From the NCBI GenBank assembly GCA_036394315.1, contig DASWFI010000156.1, forward strand, positions 1-62,742: a stretch of DNA of 62,742 nt, written 5' to 3'. Shown in pieces: positions 57,733-62,742 of the stretch (position 1 is its first letter; each line of letters starts with the position of its first letter). A program made the translations under genes and the position numbers. The DNA is from Patescibacteria group bacterium. Lineage in GTDB: Bacteria; Patescibacteriota; Doudnabacteria; UBA920; O2-02-FULL-48-8. Under the pieces are notes generated by a model, which worked only from the letters and a program-made list of their open reading frames with translations, ran no database searches and was not told the DNA's origin.

Positions 57733-57851
57733 TGTTAATTTTACAACGCATTTTTATCAAAATTTGTAATTTAAATTTAATACCCCTTATTTTGAAGGGG
57801 TATTTTTAAAAATATTACAAATTTTATAGTATTTCGAGCGTAAAATTAACA
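57733..57851. repeat. 119-bp MITE-like unit, copy 1 (forms the istA-proximal end of the IS21 element)
   Basis: Identical to 62483..62601. It has 12-bp perfect terminal inverted repeats (TGTTAATTTTAC / GTAAAATTAACA), subterminal inverted AAATTTGTAAT motifs and a central 9-bp hairpin ATACCCCTT/AAGGGGTAT. Confidence 0.9.
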
Positions 57852-57888
57852 GGCGCGAGCGTAGAGGTCAAAGACGGGATGATCTTCG

Positions 57889-59067
57889 ATGTTTCAGCAA
57901 CTGGTCAGTCGTAGTCCGGACCTCAAGCGCCTTCGAGACGAGGGCTACGACATCGCGTTCAAGGCAGGGTACCTGTTGGTCAAACAGGTACCCTACGTGA
58001 ACTCCAATAAAGAGGTCTGCTGCGGAACCCTCGTATCGGAGCTGGTCGTCAACGGCAACACGGCCGGGAAGCCGAACACCCACGTAGCGTTCTTTGCTGG
58101 CGAGCACCCGTGCCACAAAGACGGCTCAAAGATTCAGCAGATTGCGCACGGTAGCAGCAGAATGGCGATCGGTGACGATTTCGCCACGGATCATTCGTTC
58201 TCGTCAAAGCCCCCTGACGGCTACACTGATTACTACGATAAGGTTACGAAGTACGTCCGGATCATCGCCGGGCCTGCTCAGGCGCTCGACCAGACCGTCA
58301 CCGCCCAAGTGTTTCCACCGGTTCCGGCCGATGATAACGACTCTGTCTTTCATTACGTCGACACTGCCTCCAGTCGCTCCAAAATCACTGCCGTCACCGG
58401 CAGACTCGCTGGACAAAGGCTTGGGATCATCGGTCTCGGTGGGACCGGCTCCTACGTCCTGGACTTCGTTTCTAAGGCTCCAGCAGCCGAAATACATTTA
58501 TTCGATGGCGATAGGTTCTCGAACCATAACGCATTTCGGTCGCCAGGAGCTGCCTCGCTCGAGGAGCTCGAAGCCAACTTGATGAAGGTCGAGTACTTCA
58601 CGCGAAGGTACTCAACGATGCACCGTCACGTCGTGGCCCATCCGTATTTCATCGACGCCACCAACGTTGGTGAACTCGAGGGGATGACTTTCGTATTTAT
58701 GTGCATCGACAAAGGTCCGCCCAAGCGTCCGATAATCGAGGCACTTGAGTTGCGCGGCGTTCCATTTGTAGACGTCGGCATGGGCATCGATCTGGACCCA
58801 GATGGCAAGCTCCGCGGCTTGCTCAGGGTTACGGCCAGCACGCCAGACATGCGGGACAAAGCGCGTGGGCGGATTTCGTTCGGGGAACCAGACCAGAACG
58901 ACGAATACAACAGCAACATTCAGATCGCCGATCTGAACGCCTTAAACGCCGCGTTAGCGGTTATCAAGTGGAAGAAGCTGTATGGATTCTACCGTGACAC
59001 GGACCGTGAGCATTTCAGTGCCTACAATATAGACGGCAACATTATTATTAATGACGACAAACCATGA
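57889..59067 (+). CDS. fusion protein: N-terminal E2/UBC-like domain plus C-terminal ThiF/MoeB/E1-like adenylyltransferase
   Basis: 392-aa GC-rich ORF with a Rossmann motif IIGLGGTGSYVLDF plus HLFDGD and FMCIDKG (E1/ThiF-like). The N-terminal roughly 150 aa carries FFAGEHPCHKDG, an HPC motif. Confidence 0.7.
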   Translation: MFQQLVSRSPDLKRLRDEGYDIAFKAGYLLVKQVPYVNSNKEVCCGTLVSELVVNGNTAGKPNTHVAFFAGEHPCHKDGSKIQQIAHGSSRMAIGDDFATDHSFSSKPPDGYTDYYDKVTKYVRIIAGPAQALDQTVTAQVFPPVPADDNDSVFHYVDTASSRSKITAVTGRLAGQRLGIIGLGGTGSYVLDFVSKAPAAEIHLFDGDRFSNHNAFRSPGAASLEELEANLMKVEYFTRRYSTMHRHVVAHPYFIDATNVGELEGMTFVFMCIDKGPPKRPIIEALELRGVPFVDVGMGIDLDPDGKLRGLLRVTASTPDMRDKARGRISFGEPDQNDEYNSNIQIADLNALNAALAVIKWKKLYGFYRDTDREHFSAYNIDGNIIINDDKP

Positions 59068-59507
59068 AGGGAATAATCACCTTTTCGCATCAGTTCGTCG
59101 AGTTCGTTCCAGAGCACTTGGAACAGGGTGTTATCTATGTATCGATTCCATATGCGACAGTTACGCACAAGTGCGCGTGCGGCTGTGCTCTCGGGGTCGT
59201 GACACCGTTAGCTCCATACGCTTGGCAGCTAACATTCGACGGTGAGTCGGTATCCTTGTACCCATCCATCGGCAACTGGACCTTTCCGTGCCGATCTCAC
59301 TACTGGATACGAAACAACAAAGTGAAGTGGTCGTACGAGTGGTCCGAGAAAGAGATCAACGCGGGCCGGCGCGCCGAACATGAGAAGAGAGAACGGCACT
59401 TCGCTAGGGGCGATTCAAACTCAGGCGGACCGGTTGAGGATCAACCCACACCCAAGACCTCGAAAGGTCTCTTCAAGAATCTCAAGAAACGCAGGCATTC
59501 CAGATAG
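59064..59507 (+). CDS. Cys-rich zinc-ribbon-like protein (recalled as DUF6527-like)
   Basis: 147-aa ORF whose ATG overlaps the upstream TGA (ATGA). Motifs: FVEFVPEHLEQGVIYVSIPYATVTHKCACGC...VTPL...W.LTFDGESVSLYPSIGNW.FPCRSHYWIRNNKV, with a basic C-terminal tail. Confidence 0.6.
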   Translation: MKGIITFSHQFVEFVPEHLEQGVIYVSIPYATVTHKCACGCALGVVTPLAPYAWQLTFDGESVSLYPSIGNWTFPCRSHYWIRNNKVKWSYEWSEKEINAGRRAEHEKRERHFARGDSNSGGPVEDQPTPKTSKGLFKNLKKRRHSR

Positions 59508-59659
59508 CGGGCCGGGCCATACGTGTCCGTATCGAACACCTCAATCAAGAAGTATCAAGACCGTCCCCATTGCGCATATTCGTGACGGGGCTGTCAATTT
59601 CGAGACGCCCAAAGCGACAACCAAATGTATCAGTTCGCGGCCGCACGAACGCATGTAAG

Positions 59660-59682
59660 AACCGCCTCTTCGGCGGTTTTTG
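59660..59682 (+). terminator. rho-independent terminator
   Basis: AACCGCC / GGCGGTT stem, loop TCTTC, then TTTTTG. Confidence 0.6.
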
Positions 59683-59778
59683 AGTTGTCTTTCACTGGAG
59701 CGCCTAACGTGTCTCTCTCGAGGTCGTCTTTTCCAGAGGCCATGCGTGTCGCTCTCGAAGTGAATTGCTATCAATAGC

Positions 59779-60198
59779 CTACAGTTGTCCTTGGTTCGCC
59801 TTGGCGATGAACCCCTCAAGCGTGAGGATCTCAACCTTGTCCGCGTGGACGAGCTGTTTTGAGAGCCCCCCGCTTGTATAGAAGCTTCGCAGTTTCCACC
59901 CCTCGCCACCCAGGACGAGATACGCTTTCGTGAACGGACCGGCAATCACGGCTTCGGCTAGACAAATCACTTCGAAAGGCACTTTCTGTTCGGCCGTGCC
60001 GGCGACCTGCTGCCACTTGAGCGATACCAGCACGCGCTCCCCGTTTTTTTCTGCGATGACATCGACATAATGGGCACCGCCGCCAAACCGCGCGCCAATG
60101 TTCTGTGGCCCGTTGGGATAGGTGTAGCCGCCGCGCCGAAGAGATGGCAGAACCATCTCTTCAAGCACTCGGCCAGTTCCGGTATCGCGTGGGCTCAT
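59779..60198 (-). CDS. putative type II restriction endonuclease (small PD-(D/E)XK fold)
   Basis: 139-aa ORF whose ATG overlaps the methylase TGA (ATGA). There is a candidate YVD...(24 aa)...EQK catalytic pattern. The call rests mainly on coupling to the methylase. Confidence 0.45.
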   Translation of the reverse strand: MSPRDTGTGRVLEEMVLPSLRRGGYTYPNGPQNIGARFGGGAHYVDVIAEKNGERVLVSLKWQQVAGTAEQKVPFEVICLAEAVIAGPFTKAYLVLGGEGWKLRSFYTSGGLSKQLVHADKVEILTLEGFIAKANQGQL

Positions 60199-61076
60199 GA
60201 CGGTAGATTCTTAATGGCGAGAACTTCCCGAGCAGGCGTGCGGTCCCCGGTGCAGCTGATCATGCGCGGAGCCTGCAGAAAGCGAAGCGAGAAACCGAGG
60301 CGCCTGTACAAGGTGACGATGCGTTTCGTGGCCTGATTCGATAGGACGACGGGGCCGGGATGCCGGGCGAGCCACTCTGCGGCTCGCACCTGGTCCTCCC
60401 AAGCGAATCCACCCTTGGAGTAGTGAGTGAACTCGACGTCATATGGGGGGTCAGCGTACACAAAGTCACCGGGTTCCAGGGGCACGGCCTCGAAATCCCG
60501 GCTGAGGAACGTCCAATTGGCGAAGAGTTCGCGATAGTCGCTGAAGTCGGTCGTGTAACCGATTTTCTTGTAACGGCCGAAGGGCACGTTGAACTGACCC
60601 TTCTGATTGAATCGACAAAGACCGTTGTATCCAGTGCGATTTAGATAATAGAACAGTGCCGCAGCTTCAGCTCCGTCGTCGGCCTTGTTGGCCAGCAGTT
60701 CATTGAAATGATCTCGATACGCGTAGTACGTCCGCTCGTCGTTCTGCATCGGCAGCGAGGTTACCAACCCGCGTTTCAGCCAACCGTAAAAGTTAATAAG
60801 GTGAGTGTTGACGTCGTTGAGGAGCGCCTGCTGCGGTCGCAAACCAATCGTCACGGCCAACCCGCCGGAGAAGGGCTCCACCAGGCGGCAGTGCTGATGG
60901 CGCGCCCACAACGGCAGGAGGTGCGGAAGTTGCCAGCGCTTGCCTCCGGCCCACTTCAAAGGCGGCCTCAGGACGGACGCGTTGCCTCGAGTTCTCAGGA
61001 CGACCGGCGCGAATCGCGGTCTTGCAGTCCGCACCAAAGTTGTTGCTCGGCCTTTCATGTAGCTAAACTCTATCAT
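60195..61076 (-). CDS. Dam-like (D12 class) N6-adenine DNA methyltransferase
   Basis: 293-aa ORF with LKWAGGKR (motif X/I region), the FSGG-type VEPFSGGLAV, and the catalytic DPPY (YADPPYD). Confidence 0.85.
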   Translation of the reverse strand: MIEFSYMKGRATTLVRTARPRFAPVVLRTRGNASVLRPPLKWAGGKRWQLPHLLPLWARHQHCRLVEPFSGGLAVTIGLRPQQALLNDVNTHLINFYGWLKRGLVTSLPMQNDERTYYAYRDHFNELLANKADDGAEAAALFYYLNRTGYNGLCRFNQKGQFNVPFGRYKKIGYTTDFSDYRELFANWTFLSRDFEAVPLEPGDFVYADPPYDVEFTHYSKGGFAWEDQVRAAEWLARHPGPVVLSNQATKRIVTLYRRLGFSLRFLQAPRMISCTGDRTPAREVLAIKNLPS

Positions 61077-61716
61077 ATCAATACGTTACTGGCAATTTAG
61101 TGGTTCTAGATGGGCGACGTCCTCACCGACACTATCAATCCGTTGATTTAGTGATGCTGACTGTGTGAACGATTTTGAGACGCAATCGACAGCTCCTTGT
61201 CGGCCTGCTTTCCGTGGACACACGGGCATATGTGAGGCAATTCATGTGCGTTGGTCAGTTGTCAGTCTATTAATTGAGACGCTGGCAGAGTGACACGCCG
61301 TTGACGAATTTCAAGTATTTTCCCACCCTTCAAGCATGAAGTACCCATTCTTCCTCCTTGGCGCGATGTGTCAAATAGACCTCGCAATGACGGTCCGCGC
61401 ACGACCTGTCGGCCGTGCGGACGGATCGTAACGTTCATCCAAGCTCCTTCCAGTTGGGCCGACACGGATGAAGAAGACCAGCAACTGTTTCAAATCGTCC
61501 GTATGGGAAATGTCTGCATGCCGATCTATGCCGACGCTCAAATGAAAAGCCACCGTTCTATTTGCTCACCCTTCGCGCAGCTTGGAAACAGTCTGTCTGG
61601 TGTGCCCCGGTGGCGTCGAACATGGATAGACACGATCGACGGTCGGTCACAACTTCGAGAGTTGCATCAGGTCTTGATCAGGTGCCCGGGCACCTGCAAC
61701 TCTCGAACACAAACGA

Positions 61717-61752
61717 AACGACCTCCGCGAGGAGGTCGTTTGCTTTGTTTAT
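61717..61752. terminator. strong hairpin terminator (usable on both strands)
   Basis: Perfect 10-bp stem AACGACCTCC / GGAGGTCGTT with a GCGA loop. The plus-strand tail is TTGCTTTGTTTATT and the minus-strand tail is TTTCGTTTG. Confidence 0.6.
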
Positions 61753-62192
61753 TGGCCGTTTTGAGTGACTTCGAGAGTGTTTTCTGGTCGGCTAAACAGA
61801 ACTTCTCTCGAATGCGATTTGTCCCCAGGAAGAGCCACCGTCTCGAGGTGCGAGCATCCTCTACACGGTGGTCAGTATAGGCCTTAAGAACTGACCGTAC
61901 AAGGTGATGGCCGATCATCGCGCTGATGAGTGACGACAAAGTCGATCGAACGGTGCGCCCGTAACTTCAATCGCACTGGCCCGCTTGGTCCAAGAACGAC
62001 GGGACTCGCCTCCATGATTCTGTCGACGACCCTCTACGGCGGCTGGCGATCCTCTTGTGTCCAATGTAGCTACTCCGAACGTTACTGGCCCGTTCTCTTC
62101 GAAAGACCGGTCTTCGGCAGCCAATCACGGTACTTGTTGTTACGACAACGGGAGCGGACCGTTTGCGCTATCCTGTTGGCGGAGGGCCTGTC

Positions 62193-62519
62193 ATGAGATC
62201 TGGTTTTCGTCGCCCACTTCAGGGGCTTCTCGTATGTTTGACGCTGGTGTCAACTGGACTGGCGGCCCAACCGCTTCCGGCGACCGAGGCGGTAAACATG
62301 CAAAGAGCGACGCTGGAAGAGACGCGCGCGAAGCGAATCCAGGACGGTTGGCTTGAAGGGATAAAGATTGTTATCGGCGCCGCTGCCGGTGCTTGGGCCG
62401 TCAGGAAGTTCATCGCCTCGCAACGCCACGCTTTCAAGCTGAAAGCGATTGAATTAGCCTTAGATGCCGACAGTCCTGACGCTGTTAATTTTACAACGCA
62501 TTTTTATCAAAATTTGTAA
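62193..62519 (+). pseudogene. secreted/membrane protein ORF whose 3-prime end is replaced by the 119-bp MITE-like insertion
   Basis: The ATG at 62193 lies 6 nt after GGAGGG. It has a signal-like N-terminus (LLVCLTLVSTGLAA). From 62483 the reading frame runs into the repeat (VNFTTHFYQNL*). Confidence 0.45.
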
Positions 62520-62601
62520 TTTAAATTTAATACCCCTTATTTTGAAGGGGTATTTTTAAAAATATTACAAATTTTATAGTATTTCGAGCGTAAAATTAAC
62601 A
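62483..62601. repeat. 119-bp MITE-like unit, copy 2 (solo)
   Basis: 119/119 identity with 57733..57851 in the same orientation. GC-rich sequence lies on both sides. Confidence 0.9.
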
Positions 62602-62742
62602 AGCTGGACGTATTCACTATGATGGTTGTCGACGATCGAGCTGAATGATTGACCCGGGACCCTACGCATAAGATACCCATTGACGCGGCCTCGTCCGGCG
62701 ACGACGCCGTCAAATGCAAATAGGGGAAGGCCTTGAAGAGCT

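Larger units (their letters stand above)
55273..57851 (-). mobile_element. IS21-family insertion sequence; istA-proximal end at 57851, opposite end not resolved
   Basis: The istA-istB pair is present. The terminal sequence TGTTAATTTTAC (minus strand, ending at 57851) lies 170 nt upstream of the istA ATG. I found no matching inverted repeat between 55040 and 55272. Confidence 0.7.

Noticed and set aside
59541-59945. 134-aa minus-strand Arg-rich ORF
   Set aside because: It overlaps the 3-prime part of the putative restriction gene out of frame and spans the convergent terminator region. Its composition indicates a non-coding frame.
61368-61880. 170-aa plus-strand ORF in the ORF-poor GC-rich stretch
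   Set aside because: It is Arg/Cys/Ser-rich with low-complexity translation. It reads through a perfect 10-bp terminator hairpin, has no RBS, and is overlapped by equally poor ORFs on both strands.

Overview
This is a low-GC, tightly packed bacterial chromosome segment. One hand-counted 60-nt line (57481-57540) is about 38% GC. Its style resembles a small-genome Patescibacteria/CPR-like organism: long minus-strand operons and many ATGA/TAATG stop-start overlaps. Housekeeping content: EnvC-like M23 peptidase, ABC exporter, cysteine desulfurase, L27, CTP synthase, L9, FtsEX, and RF2 with its classical +1 frameshift. It also holds a roughly 6-kb dTMP/folate supra-operon (HD, folA, NUDIX, thyA, CYTH, tmk, dcd, CofE-like ligase, membrane protein), secE-nusG-rplK-rplA, gyrB, pheST, a UvrD-like helicase-nuclease, rmuC, the CCA-adding enzyme and a complete F-type ATP synthase operon. 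Interleaved are GC-rich patches; line 58081-58140 hand-counts to about 57% GC. For the single-gene patches the GC elevation is confined almost exactly to the CDS, and these are flanked by AT-rich near-consensus promoters, AGGAGG ribosome-binding sites and hairpin terminators. The patches carry orphan secreted proteins, a purH gene split at its domain linker by a PurO-like gene with an in-frame TGA, and a divergent MreB-like actin with a membrane coiled-coil partner next to a three-tRNA cluster. The last patch lies beside an IS21-family element. It holds an E2-like/E1(ThiF) fusion translationally coupled to a Cys-rich zinc-ribbon protein, then a Dam-like methylase and a small PD-(D/E)XK nuclease. 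A perfect 119-bp MITE-like unit occurs twice, 4,750 bp apart: once as the IS21 end and once disrupting an ORF. The E2-E1/zinc-ribbon cassette is my best candidate for an undescribed system. All family assignments come from motif recognition by eye, not from database searches.
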